Below, piece by piece: positions 19,042 to 27,726 of a DNA stretch of 64,000 nt. Below the pieces are notes generated by a model. That model saw only the letters and a program-made list of their open reading frames with translations. It was not told where the DNA came from and searched no databases. Source of the DNA: Syntrophaceae bacterium (lineage in GTDB: Bacteria > Desulfobacterota > Syntrophia > Syntrophales > Smithellaceae); contig JANXZU010000034.1 in NCBI GenBank assembly GCA_025355345.1, positions 6,143 through 70,142 of the forward strand. The letters run 5' to 3'. The translations under genes were made by a program, and so were the position numbers. Positions within the stretch are counted from its first letter, which is position 1; every line of letters starts with the position of its first letter.

Positions 19042-20064
19042 ATGTCTCAAAAAACTAAATCATCATTAGAAGTTTTGACCGGACTTATATTTATTATTGG
19101 TTATTTATGGTTAATATACCCATTGCATTCTCAATGGGTAAAAATTGTTTCCGCAATACCAATCCTTTTATTTTTTATTTATTTAGAATTCATTAATAAG
19201 AAAAGCCTCAAAGACATCGGCTTTAGATTGGACAACTGGTATGGCTCTTTTAAAATACTGTTTATTTTTACACTAATAACTATGCCTGTTTTGTATGTAA
19301 CATGGCAGTTTTCTTTTCCCGTAAACAATTATTTTTATAAGGAGTATTCTTTCTGGGAAAAACTTGTTACCTTTCCGTTCTGGGGGTTATTCCAGGAATA
19401 TATTTTTCTGGCATTTTTTTTCAGACGTTACAGAGATATATTTTTTCCTCATACAAATATTGCTATCATTTTTTCAGCATTAACTTTTTCCATGGTACAT
19501 ATTCCTAATCCTCCGCTAATCATATTTTGTTTTGTCGCAGGCGTTGTTTGGGCTGCTACTTATAACAAATATCCCAATCTTTTCACCATAGCGATATCTC
19601 ACGCATTATTAGGAATCTTCTGTTCTAATATATTGCTTGTATATACTACTGTAGGACCAAACGCTGATATTGGCAAATGGTGTAAATATCATGATTCTGT
19701 ATATGGCTGCATTGACGTTATTAATAATACAATGCCTTCCAAGAATAACAATGTTTTAGATGTAAATATAAATCATGAGAAAAATAGTATTTTTGTTAGC
19801 GGCTGGGTTGCAAGCACGGATAAAATAAAGAATATCCGAATAAACTTGGGTGGCAAAGATTATTCTATTCATTGCGGGGAAAAACGAGAAGATGTTGCAG
19901 CATATTTTAACAAGCCGGATTTTTTATACAGTGGCTTCAATACCAATATACCTGTCTCTGATTTTTCTCCAGGATATTATAAACTGATCCTCAAGGTTTA
20001 TCTTGAAGGAGAACTGTTTTCTATTCACTACCCATATCCAGGAATATGGGTTAATCTTAGATAG
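19042..20064 (+). CDS. CPBP-family (CAAX-like) intramembrane metalloprotease with an extra C-terminal soluble domain
   Basis: Multi-TM N-terminal half with QEYIFLAFFFRR (EExxxR-type motif) and FSMVH (FxxxH motif). About 130 aa of non-membrane sequence are appended. Confidence 0.7.
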   Translation: MSQKTKSSLEVLTGLIFIIGYLWLIYPLHSQWVKIVSAIPILLFFIYLEFINKKSLKDIGFRLDNWYGSFKILFIFTLITMPVLYVTWQFSFPVNNYFYKEYSFWEKLVTFPFWGLFQEYIFLAFFFRRYRDIFFPHTNIAIIFSALTFSMVHIPNPPLIIFCFVAGVVWAATYNKYPNLFTIAISHALLGIFCSNILLVYTTVGPNADIGKWCKYHDSVYGCIDVINNTMPSKNNNVLDVNINHEKNSIFVSGWVASTDKIKNIRINLGGKDYSIHCGEKREDVAAYFNKPDFLYSGFNTNIPVSDFSPGYYKLILKVYLEGELFSIHYPYPGIWVNLR

Positions 20065-20131
20065 ACGCTACTGTCCGTTTTGAAAATTGTAATTATTTCG
20101 ATGATACTGCTTTGAACACTTTTCGTTTGAC

Positions 20132-20848
20132 TCACCTACACAGAAGAACGATGAGAAGGAATAGAATAATAATGACGTGTGCAGCTATAATACCAAATTT
20201 GTGTCTTTGGTAGAATTCGTTTGCTTTTTGAATCCTTTCAAGACCGCCGCATAATCGCCTGACACGCTCCAACCCATGGTATTTTTCATTATCCGAGGCA
20301 GTATCGTTTTGAAACGCAAACATGGGATAAACGGCATAGATATGATCAGCCAAAGGACGAAACAAGGTGTCGATGATAATCCCTTGCCAGGGTTGATAAG
20401 CAACGGTTTCAGCATAATGCCTGTTTAAGGCATATGCATGACCGAGACTCTGGTATGCAACTTTTTGTATAAATGGATTAGTCGTTTTCCGGCTTGATCG
20501 TATTAATGCACCCAAAAGCAATACTTTCCATTCTGGATGTTCCACAAGAAATTGAGTGCATTTCTGAAAACGCTTCGCGTCAAAGCGGTCAAATATAACG
20601 TCATCTTCAAAAATAATGATCCTCTCTGCGCCGGACTCTAAACCTTTACGCAGGCAGGCTGTGTGAGATTCATACATTCCCTGTTCGACATCTAGTGGAT
20701 GACGTTTGGCAATGAAGAATTCAACTTTCCCGGTGAGTCCTACTTTGGCAAACGATGCCTCTGCTGCCTTCCTCCTGTCTTCACGCTCTTCCAGAGAGAT
20801 GCAGTATATACGATCGAAAAAATCCCAGCAATTATTATCTTTGTTCAC
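20132..20848 (-). CDS. glycosyltransferase family 25 (LPS/LOS-type) with a C-terminal TM helix
   Basis: DRIYCISLEEREDRR start and an FEDDV motif typical of GT25. GTG start and a hydrophobic C-terminus. Confidence 0.7.
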   Translation of the reverse strand: MNKDNNCWDFFDRIYCISLEEREDRRKAAEASFAKVGLTGKVEFFIAKRHPLDVEQGMYESHTACLRKGLESGAERIIIFEDDVIFDRFDAKRFQKCTQFLVEHPEWKVLLLGALIRSSRKTTNPFIQKVAYQSLGHAYALNRHYAETVAYQPWQGIIIDTLFRPLADHIYAVYPMFAFQNDTASDNEKYHGLERVRRLCGGLERIQKANEFYQRHKFGIIAAHVIIILFLLIVLLCR

Positions 20849-21132
20849 GGAATCCTCAATTAAGCACCTTTATATTTAACCTACTTTATATTATGAGTAT
20901 TGCGCACTGTCAAGAAGTTGCTGGACATTGAACCCACATAAAAGCGCATTCCTTTCCATAATTGTTTAACTAAATCCATTGCAGAAAAGAAATACCTCGT
21001 GTATTTAATCCATCAACTTCTAACTTGAGATTTACTTTTATGACAACACAGGACCTCTAATATATCATCGCTCTTACGCTTGGAAGGCGTCTTAACTCAG
21101 AAAAAACGGTTTGCTTCAAAGGATAATGTTTC

Positions 21133-21483
21133 ATGATTCGAAGAAAAATTGCCAAATACCTTGCCGGGAAGAATTATATTCATGAGATGCTTGCAAATCC
21201 TGTGGATCTGAGTGAATTTAAAGAGCGCCCAACACCCCAGATGATCATCGGCTTTATCTTAATGGGATTGAGCTACGTGATCGGTTGGCCTGCGGTTATC
21301 GCTTTGAGCGCTCTGGCAGCCTGGTTGCAGGAGCCATTGATCGCAATCATCGGCTGCCCGACAACCTACGGCCTCTCCTATGTTGTCTTTATTCTCGGTG
21401 CCTGGCTTGCACGAGCACCCCACTACATGGGAACTCTTGCCAGATACGCTATCCAACGTTTCTTTAGAAAATATCTCTCCTGA
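21133..21483 (+). CDS. small membrane protein, unknown function
   Basis: 116 aa with 2-3 hydrophobic helices. No recognisable family. Confidence 0.4.
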   Translation: MIRRKIAKYLAGKNYIHEMLANPVDLSEFKERPTPQMIIGFILMGLSYVIGWPAVIALSALAAWLQEPLIAIIGCPTTYGLSYVVFILGAWLARAPHYMGTLARYAIQRFFRKYLS

Positions 21484-21665
21484 TAGATTGTTCACCAGGC
21501 ATAAACTTCATGCAATGTTGAGATAAATATCAAATACTTAAGTAATGAGTCCAATATAATCCTTGATTTCTGTTCAGCTTCAGTATAAAAGATCCAATCA
21601 AAAAATTTTAGGACTCCCCTTGCCTGTGGCCATGACCATGGGCTTTAGAGCCGAAAGGAGGAAAT

Positions 21666-22136
21666 TTGAAAAGATACGAAGTTGTTGTTATAGTCAAATC
21701 TGATCTGAATGAAGAAGACATTACCGCCCTGATCGATCGCTGTCAGGCAATTATCACCGACCGGAAAGGTGTTATTGCAAAAGTCGATAAATGGGGTAAA
21801 AGGCGTCTTGCCTACGAAATCAACAAACAAAAAGATGGGTTTTATTTTCTTATCGATTGTGCCGGTGACGGACCCATCATCTCAGAACTTGAAAGAAATT
21901 TCAAAATTGATGATCGCATTCTGAAATTCATGACAGTGAAAAGAGAAGGCGCTGTGACCCGTGAAGGTATGGATCAGGAAGTTGCCGCAGCAGAGGTTAA
22001 ACGGACGCAAATCCGCATTGAAAGCGATCCCTCAGGCGCAAACAGGGAAGAAAAACCTTCTTCAGATGTAAAACCACAAAGAATTTCATTTAAAAAAACT
22101 GATGCTAAAGAACAAGCACCAGTGAGGGGGGAATAA
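21666..22136 (+). CDS. rpsF: 30S ribosomal protein S6 with a long charged C-terminal extension
   Basis: TTG start after GGAGG. YEVVVIVKSDL...WGKRRLAYEI matches the S6 core, followed by a tail of about 55 aa. Confidence 0.9.
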   Translation: MKRYEVVVIVKSDLNEEDITALIDRCQAIITDRKGVIAKVDKWGKRRLAYEINKQKDGFYFLIDCAGDGPIISELERNFKIDDRILKFMTVKREGAVTREGMDQEVAAAEVKRTQIRIESDPSGANREEKPSSDVKPQRISFKKTDAKEQAPVRGE

Positions 22137-22139
22137 ACA

Positions 22140-22409
22140 ATGGCAATACCTAGCGGAGATAGACCAGCAAGACAGCCCCAGAAAAAGTTTTTTCACAGAA
22201 AAAAGTTTTGCCGATTTTGTACTGATTCTAATATCAAAATTGATTTTAAAGCCCCTGCTATTCTAGGCAATTTTGTAACAGAAAGAGGCAAGATCATGCC
22301 ACGTAGAATTACTGGTAATTGCGCCAGCCATCAAAGGGAGATGACTGTAGCAATAAAACGCGCTCGTACTATAGCGATTATGCCTTTCGTCACCGCTGAA
22401 GGAAGATAA
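22140..22409 (+). CDS. rpsR: 30S ribosomal protein S18
   Basis: KKFCRFC....IDFK....L..F..ERGKI.PRRITG.C..HQR....AIKRAR..A..P pattern of S18. Confidence 0.9.
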   Translation: MAIPSGDRPARQPQKKFFHRKKFCRFCTDSNIKIDFKAPAILGNFVTERGKIMPRRITGNCASHQREMTVAIKRARTIAIMPFVTAEGR

Positions 22410-22431
22410 AGGCAATCTTTAAAACTGATCT

Positions 22432-22474
22432 GCCGGTCTTTTTCTTCACAGAAAAAGACCGGCAATTCTTTTCT
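22432..22474 (+). terminator. intrinsic terminator after rpsR
   Basis: GCCGGTCTTTTT-CTTCACAG-AAAAAGACCGGC, a 12-bp stem, followed by a T-rich stretch. Confidence 0.6.
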
Positions 22475-22523
22475 GGTTACATCATTCCGACAAGACAATT
22501 TAACTTTTGCCAGGTTATCACCC

Positions 22524-23498
22524 TTGAAAAAACTTGATTTATTAATTCTCAAAAGCCCTTTTATTAAACAATTATTTATCATTACTATTTTTGTTTTTTC
22601 CACTGTTTTCATTCCTTTTTTGGGATCTTTTTGTCTGATCCTGTTTCCGATGATTCTTTTTGTGCTGGGCACAATTAACGGCGAAATTAAAACAGTTACG
22701 GCTTTTTTTATTTCCTGTTTGCTGCTTTTGATCTTGTCTTTTTTATTGAATCAGGCCACTCCCCTGCTTCCTATAATTACCATGGGGCTCTCCGGCCTGC
22801 TGGCAGCAAAGATAGTAGCCCAAAATAAATCCACTGAAAAAATAATCGCCTACCCTGCCCTGCTCATAATTGCGTTAATTTGTTTTTATTTTATCTACAA
22901 CAGTTTCGAACAATCTGTTCATCCCTGGAAGTTCATCCAGAAATATGTTGCTTCAATAATTGACGCCAACATAAAATTATATAGCCAGTTGCCACTGGCA
23001 AAAGAAGATATTGATTTTATTAAAGATAATCAACACAGTATAACAACTGCCTTCACTCAGATATTCCCCTCTCTTATCGTCATCTTCACTGTATTTATTG
23101 TCTGGATAAATATCCTGATCGGAAAAATTGTATTGATCAAATCCGGTATATCCCAACCCAAGCTCATGATGCTTGCCAATTGGAAGACTCCGGACTTTTT
23201 TATTTGGATTTTTATTATCTCCGGTGGGCTTACTTTGATTCCCAATGATGATATCAATTTTTTAGCGTTAAATATATTTCTGGTTATCTGTTTTGTTTAT
23301 CTTCTCCAAGGCTTCGCCATTATAGGCTTTATCTTCCAGAGTAAAAATGTTCCTGCTTTTCTCCGTTTTCTTTTTTATTTTTTTATTGCGATCCAGCAAT
23401 TTCTTATGATAGCAATAGCAGCAGCCGGATTATTTGATATCTGGGTTGATTTTCGAAAATTTTTCCGCAAAGATCACACGACTGACATTATGTCTTAA
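22524..23498 (+). CDS. DUF2232 (YybS-like) polytopic membrane protein
   Basis: 324 aa with many TM helices. It sits directly upstream of rplI as yybS does in Firmicutes. The family call is by architecture and synteny, not a search. Confidence 0.6.
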   Translation: MKKLDLLILKSPFIKQLFIITIFVFSTVFIPFLGSFCLILFPMILFVLGTINGEIKTVTAFFISCLLLLILSFLLNQATPLLPIITMGLSGLLAAKIVAQNKSTEKIIAYPALLIIALICFYFIYNSFEQSVHPWKFIQKYVASIIDANIKLYSQLPLAKEDIDFIKDNQHSITTAFTQIFPSLIVIFTVFIVWINILIGKIVLIKSGISQPKLMMLANWKTPDFFIWIFIISGGLTLIPNDDINFLALNIFLVICFVYLLQGFAIIGFIFQSKNVPAFLRFLFYFFIAIQQFLMIAIAAAGLFDIWVDFRKFFRKDHTTDIMS

Positions 23499-23522
23499 AA
23501 ATATAATATAAGGAGGATTTTA

Positions 23523-23966
23523 ATGAAGGTAATTTTAAAGCAAAACGTACCTTCTCTGGGAAAATCCGGAGATTTGATTAAAGTCAATGACGGCTATGCC
23601 CGTAATTTGCTGATTCCGAAAGGCCTGGCCATCGAAGCTAATGAAAAAAATATAAAAACCCTGGAACACGAAAAAAAGAATATCTTACAAAAAACACAAA
23701 AGGAACATAAAACCGCTGAGGATCTGGCTATCGCCCTTGCCAATGTCACGCTCACCATGTCCCGCAAAGTTGGTGATCAGGATAAGATTTTTGGTTCGGT
23801 CACAACTAAAGACATTGAAATAGCGCTTAAAGAAAAAGGGTATGATATTGACCGGAAAATGATTATCCATGATGAACAGATTAAATCCTTGGGCGAATTT
23901 AAAATAAAAATCAAATTAATTTCCGGTGTGGAAACTGAACTTAAATTAATCGTTGTTGGCGAATAA
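23523..23966 (+). CDS. rplI: 50S ribosomal protein L9
   Basis: MKVILKQNVPSLGKSGDLIKVNDGYARNLLIPKGLA is the canonical L9 N-terminus. Confidence 0.9.
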   Translation: MKVILKQNVPSLGKSGDLIKVNDGYARNLLIPKGLAIEANEKNIKTLEHEKKNILQKTQKEHKTAEDLAIALANVTLTMSRKVGDQDKIFGSVTTKDIEIALKEKGYDIDRKMIIHDEQIKSLGEFKIKIKLISGVETELKLIVVGE

Positions 23967-23968
23967 AA

Positions 23969-25327
23969 ATGCGAGATATCGATCCATCTTCATTCAAAGT
24001 TCCACCGCAAAATCTTGAAGCTGAGCAGTCTATCCTCGGGGGAATTCTCTTGGAAAACAGCTCTATTAATGGCGCCTTGGAGATCATTAATGATAAAAAT
24101 GATTTTTATAATGAGGCTCACCGCAAGATATTCAGCACCATTATTGAGCTTTCCGAAAAAAATGAACCGGTTGATCTGATAACTTTAAGTAATGCTCTCA
24201 AAGATAAAAGCATGCTCGATTCAGTCGGCGGCACTTCTTATCTGGCTTCTTTGGTGGATAATGTTCCTTCAGCGGCAAATGTTGCCAATTACGCTAAAAT
24301 TGTTAAAGAGAAAGCAATTCTGAGGGGACTAATCGGCTCGGCAACGGATATTATTAACAGTTGTTACGCTACCGGTTCTGACGTTGATGAGGTTTTAGAT
24401 AAGGCCGAACACAGCATATTTGAAATATCGGAAAATAAAGTCCGTCCTTCGTTTTATCCGATTAGAGACATTGTCAAGGATAGCTTCAGGGCAATTGAGG
24501 ACCTATACGCCAACAAGCAAATCATTACCGGCGTGCCCACAGGTTTTGATAAAATTGATGATTTGACCTCCGGTCTGCAGAAATCAGATTTAATCATTAT
24601 CGCCGGACGACCCAGCATGGGAAAGACAGCCTTTGCCCTGAACATTGCCCAATCTGCCGCAATGGAACATAAAATCCCTGTTGCCATTTTTTCTCTGGAA
24701 ATGTCCAAGGAACAACTTGCTTTCCGATTGCTTGCCTCTGAAGCGAAAGTCGATTCGCAGCGACTGCGGAAGGGTTTTTTAGGCGAAACTGACTGGCCAA
24801 AATTGACTACAGCCGCCGGACGCCTCTCTGAGGCACCTCTGTTTATTGATGATACAGCCGCCATTTCGGTTCTGGAAATGAAGGCCAAATCACGCCGACT
24901 GTCCGCAGATCAAGGACTGGGTTTGATTGTTGTGGACTACATACAATTAATGCGGGCCGACGGGTATCGCGACAATCGTGAACAGGAAATATCGGCAATC
25001 AGCCGATCACTAAAAGCTCTGGCCAAAGAATTGAAAGTCCCGGTTATTGCTCTTTCTCAGCTCAACCGTAAAGTTGAAGACCGCACCAATCGCCGTCCCC
25101 AAATGGCGGATTTGCGCGAATCAGGCGCTATTGAACAGGATGCTGACGTAATTGCTTTTATCTACCGCGATGAAGTTTATAACAAATCCGATGATAATCC
25201 GGAAAAAGGCACAGCAGAAATAATAATTGGCAAACAACGAAACGGCCCCACTGGAACCGTGAAGCTGGCCTTTCTGGAGAAATTTACCAGCTTTGAAAAT
25301 CTGGCTCACTCAGAAAGCACTAATTAA
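23969..25327 (+). CDS. dnaB: replicative DNA helicase DnaB
   Basis: PPQNLEAEQSILGG start, Walker A GRPSMGKT, the SLEMS motif and an IGKQRNGPTG end. 452 aa, so no intein. Confidence 0.95.
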   Translation: MRDIDPSSFKVPPQNLEAEQSILGGILLENSSINGALEIINDKNDFYNEAHRKIFSTIIELSEKNEPVDLITLSNALKDKSMLDSVGGTSYLASLVDNVPSAANVANYAKIVKEKAILRGLIGSATDIINSCYATGSDVDEVLDKAEHSIFEISENKVRPSFYPIRDIVKDSFRAIEDLYANKQIITGVPTGFDKIDDLTSGLQKSDLIIIAGRPSMGKTAFALNIAQSAAMEHKIPVAIFSLEMSKEQLAFRLLASEAKVDSQRLRKGFLGETDWPKLTTAAGRLSEAPLFIDDTAAISVLEMKAKSRRLSADQGLGLIVVDYIQLMRADGYRDNREQEISAISRSLKALAKELKVPVIALSQLNRKVEDRTNRRPQMADLRESGAIEQDADVIAFIYRDEVYNKSDDNPEKGTAEIIIGKQRNGPTGTVKLAFLEKFTSFENLAHSESTN

Positions 25328-26172
25328 TCATTATCCGGCTTGAGATACGGCAGAGCAAGTTGCACCTTTTTTAATGCCTGTTTCTCGATCTGGCGGGCTC
25401 GCTCCCGCGTGATGTTATATTTATCACCTATTTCCTGCAGCGTTTCCGGATTATCCGCCATTACACGGTTAAGAATTATATATTTTTCTCTCTCATTCAG
25501 GGTAGTAAGCGCAGCTGTGATATTATCTTTAACTAAACTTCTTTCTTCATTTTTGATCAGAGACACTTCCTGATTTTCACCTTCAAAAGCAAGAAAATCA
25601 ATATGAGAGTTCTCACCATCGTCACCTATAAGCTCATTGAGGGAAACATCGCGCGAACCCATGCGCATGTCCATTTCAGCAACTTCCGATCCTTTAACTC
25701 CCAAGGATGAAGCAATTTCGGCAAATTCCGGTTTTGTTTTGGATATCGATTCTAACTCTTTTTTAGCCTGACTTAACTTGAAAAAAAGTTTTCGCTGGGC
25801 TTGAGTAGTCCCGATTTTAACAATGCTCCATGATTTAATCAAATAATTTTGAATGTAGGCGCGAATCCACCATACCGCATAGGAAATCAAACGGTAGCCT
25901 TTGTAAGGATCAAATTTTTTCACAGCGTGAATCAGGCCGATATTACCTTCCTGAATTAAATCAGCAAGTTTAAAGCCATAGTTGCGGTATTCATGGGCAA
26001 TCTTGACAACAAAACGCAAATTTGAAACGATCAATTTTTCCGCTGCTTCCATATCGTTGTACTTTTTTAAACGCACGGCCAGCTTAAATTCTTCGTCAGG
26101 CGTCAAAAGAGCAAAGCGGTTAATCTCGTTTATATATAAATCAAGTGTTCCTGTTACTGCAGGTAGTTTCAA
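25324..26172 (-). CDS. rpoH: RNA polymerase sigma-32 (heat-shock sigma factor)
   Basis: LRFVVKIAHEYRNYG, DLIQEGNIGLIHAVKKFDP and the RpoH-box-like TTQAQRKLFFKL. Confidence 0.85.
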   Translation of the reverse strand: MKLPAVTGTLDLYINEINRFALLTPDEEFKLAVRLKKYNDMEAAEKLIVSNLRFVVKIAHEYRNYGFKLADLIQEGNIGLIHAVKKFDPYKGYRLISYAVWWIRAYIQNYLIKSWSIVKIGTTQAQRKLFFKLSQAKKELESISKTKPEFAEIASSLGVKGSEVAEMDMRMGSRDVSLNELIGDDGENSHIDFLAFEGENQEVSLIKNEERSLVKDNITAALTTLNEREKYIILNRVMADNPETLQEIGDKYNITRERARQIEKQALKKVQLALPYLKPDND

Positions 26173-26206
26173 CTATATTGTCTCCTCACTTTTCTAATTC
26201 CCATAA

Positions 26207-26235
26207 CTTTTATCTGACTAATTTTTTCCGGTCAA
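26207..26235 (-). promoter_or_regulatory. candidate sigma-70-type promoter for rpoH
   Basis: On the minus strand: TTGACC, 17 nt, TAAAAG, about 30 nt upstream of the GAGGAG Shine-Dalgarno and start of rpoH. Confidence 0.35.
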
Positions 26236-26240
26236 GACAA

Positions 26241-26567
26241 TAATGAGACCCAAGTTTCAGAAACAAAGTGCGCTGAAACTTGCAGGTCAAATTATCCCGC
26301 AAAGCGGCGGCAATAAGACTCAGATGTCAGAAGCGAAGTAACCTAAAGGTCATCTGCGACGCACTGAAATCTGTTAGTCGAATTAATGAAACTCAAATAT
26401 TATCCCTACAAGGGATGTCGCATATTTTCAAAGATGCCTACGGCTTTTTCAAGGTTGCTCCACAAATGCAGTACAGTAATATTTGCTAGTTGAATTATCC
26501 CGCCGTAGGCGGAGGATATCGCAGATATCCGTGGTATCCTACGTGCGAAGCATAGCGGGATAATTAC
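26241..26567 (+). repeat. intergenic composite hairpin-repeat array A (about 3 units)
   Basis: Short unit at 26241-26308, long-loop unit at 26312-26385, partial unit to 26420, and an M3-type unit with a nested hairpin at 26489-26567 (AATTATCCCGC...GCGGGATAATT). Confidence 0.8.
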
Positions 26568-26577
26568 TAATCCTTCC

Positions 26578-26606
26578 TTGACAGAGGGCATATTTATGTT
26601 TATTCT
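26578..26606 (+). promoter_or_regulatory. candidate sigma-70-type promoter for the diadenylate cyclase gene
   Basis: TTGACA, 17 nt, TATTCT, located 34 nt upstream of ATG 26640, with AAGGTG as the Shine-Dalgarno. Confidence 0.45.
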
Positions 26607-26639
26607 AAACAAAATAAAAATACAAAATAAGGTGAACAA

Positions 26640-27512
26640 ATGCAATCGATAAGTAATACCATGATCGAATATGCGATCAAAATTGCACATGATGTCAATG
26701 CCGATGCTTTACTTGTCTGCGTGGACGTAACTAAAGATATTATTTCCCTTCCAGAAGATATAAAGAAAGGTATCGGCTTGATTATCGTAACTACTGAGGA
26801 TCAAAAGCTACCGCCCGAGATTAATAAATATGCCAAAAGGCTCGATGTTCCCAATGTCAATCTGACACGCGTAGGAAAAATTAAAATTGCGATCGCCAAA
26901 GGAATCGTACTTGGTTATTTCAAAAGAGGAGACAAGATAATCTGTTTGAGCGGTGTGCCCAAGTTTGGTTACGCAGACAGCATTTTGTTTATCGATGTTG
27001 GCAAGGAATTTCAAATTTTGACCTCAGATTTTATTAATGATGTACTTGAAGCTGTCCAACCGGAAGTCTTTAACGCTATATTAAATTTATCCTGCGAACT
27101 GGCCGCTAAGGGACGTGAAAACAGAAAAATAGGAACGATGTTTGTGCTGGGGGATGATGAAAAAGTCATGCAACTTTCCCGGCAAATGATTATCAATCCA
27201 TTTCTGGGATATTCGGAAGAACAACGTAATATTTTAAATCCTGAACTTGAAGAAACAATAAAAGAATTTTCGGCAATTGATGGAGCCTTTATTATAAATG
27301 GTAAAGGGGCAATTATAACAGCCGGAAGGCATCTCAATGCAGCACTGGAGGGCCGCGATTTTCCCGCAGGCTTAGGCAGCAGACATATCGCTGCCGCGGG
27401 TATAACAAATGTGACTAAGGCAGTGGCCATTGTCATTTCCGAATCATCCGGAAATGTTTCGGTATTTAAAAATGGAAAATTGTTTGTCACCATTAAAAAA
27501 CCAGTAGAATAA
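26640..27512 (+). CDS. diadenylate cyclase (DAC domain) with an N-terminal pyruvate-kinase-C-terminal-like domain (DacZ/CdaZ-type architecture)
   Basis: The C-terminal half carries GTMFVLGDD, DGAFIING.G.I..AGRHL and GLGSRHIAAAGIT..T.AVAIVISESSG.VSVF, which is the DAC signature. The N-terminal ~130 aa (ADALLV..., G..KRGDKIICLSGVP) resemble PK_C. Confidence 0.8.
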   Translation: MQSISNTMIEYAIKIAHDVNADALLVCVDVTKDIISLPEDIKKGIGLIIVTTEDQKLPPEINKYAKRLDVPNVNLTRVGKIKIAIAKGIVLGYFKRGDKIICLSGVPKFGYADSILFIDVGKEFQILTSDFINDVLEAVQPEVFNAILNLSCELAAKGRENRKIGTMFVLGDDEKVMQLSRQMIINPFLGYSEEQRNILNPELEETIKEFSAIDGAFIINGKGAIITAGRHLNAALEGRDFPAGLGSRHIAAAGITNVTKAVAIVISESSGNVSVFKNGKLFVTIKKPVE

Positions 27513-27720
27513 TGACACTCGCTGAGAGCAAATAAAATGAAGCTCGAAGCGCAAGTGGTAATGAGACTCAAAATTCAGAAACAAAGTGAGATGAATTTTG
27601 TAAGTCGAATTATCCAATCCCAATTAATTGGATTGGAAATTATCCCCTGAGCGAAGCGAATGGTGATAATGGGATGAAGCTGAAAACGAATGAAATGAAT
27701 TAAGCAGGGGTAATGAGGAT
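27510..27720 (+). repeat. intergenic composite hairpin-repeat array B
   Basis: Starts at the dac stop codon (TAATGACAC). Full unit at 27559-27675 (M1 + CCAATCCCAATTAATTGGATTGG + AATTATCCCC..GGTGATAAT). The degenerate last unit ends in TAATGAGGA, which doubles as the clpB Shine-Dalgarno. Confidence 0.8.
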
Positions 27721-27726
27721 AAAAAT

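Noticed and set aside
18884-20848. Genomic islet integrated at tRNA-Arg (AT-rich CPBP protease and GT25 genes directly downstream)
   Set aside because: There is no integrase and no direct repeat of the tRNA 3' end that I could find. The low GC of the CPBP gene is explained by its Phe/Ile/Leu/Tyr/Asn/Lys-rich membrane composition.
21543-21567. Possible solo remnant of the repeat (TAATGAGTC..ATAATCC) upstream of rpsF; a similar weak ATTATCCCTGCATAATACCCC occurs at about 54496-54520
   Set aside because: These are only short core-like strings with no complementary stem arms. They are not counted as copies.
22331-22672. 113-aa minus-strand ORF spanning the rpsR end, the terminator and the DUF2232 gene start
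   Set aside because: It crosses an intrinsic terminator hairpin and overlaps two well-supported plus-strand genes. No Shine-Dalgarno.
23969-25327. Intein or insertion in dnaB
   Set aside because: 452 aa is the normal length and all helicase motifs are contiguous.
26280-26690. ORFs of 69 aa (+) and 94 aa (-) in the rpoH-dac intergenic region
   Set aside because: Both are carried by repeat array A, lack ribosome-binding sites, and overlap the candidate dac promoter and dac start. They are treated as non-coding.
27011-27571. 186-aa ORF antisense to the diadenylate cyclase gene
   Set aside because: The sense frame has unmistakable DAC motifs. The antisense ORF has no start context and extends into repeat array B.
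26241-27720. Could the repeats flanking dac be integron attC sites (a gene cassette)?
   Set aside because: There is no intI integrase or attI nearby. No GTTRRRY/RYYYAAC core pair was found at the unit ends (GTTAGTC and GTAAGTC do not fit). The same elements also occur where no cassette-like gene is delimited.
27513-27726. Sigma-32 heat-shock promoter upstream of clpB
   Set aside because: I looked for CTTGAAA-N13-17-CCCCATNT and found only fragments such as TTGGAAATTATCCCCTGA with wrong spacing. No promoter is called, and read-through from dac is left as a hypothesis.
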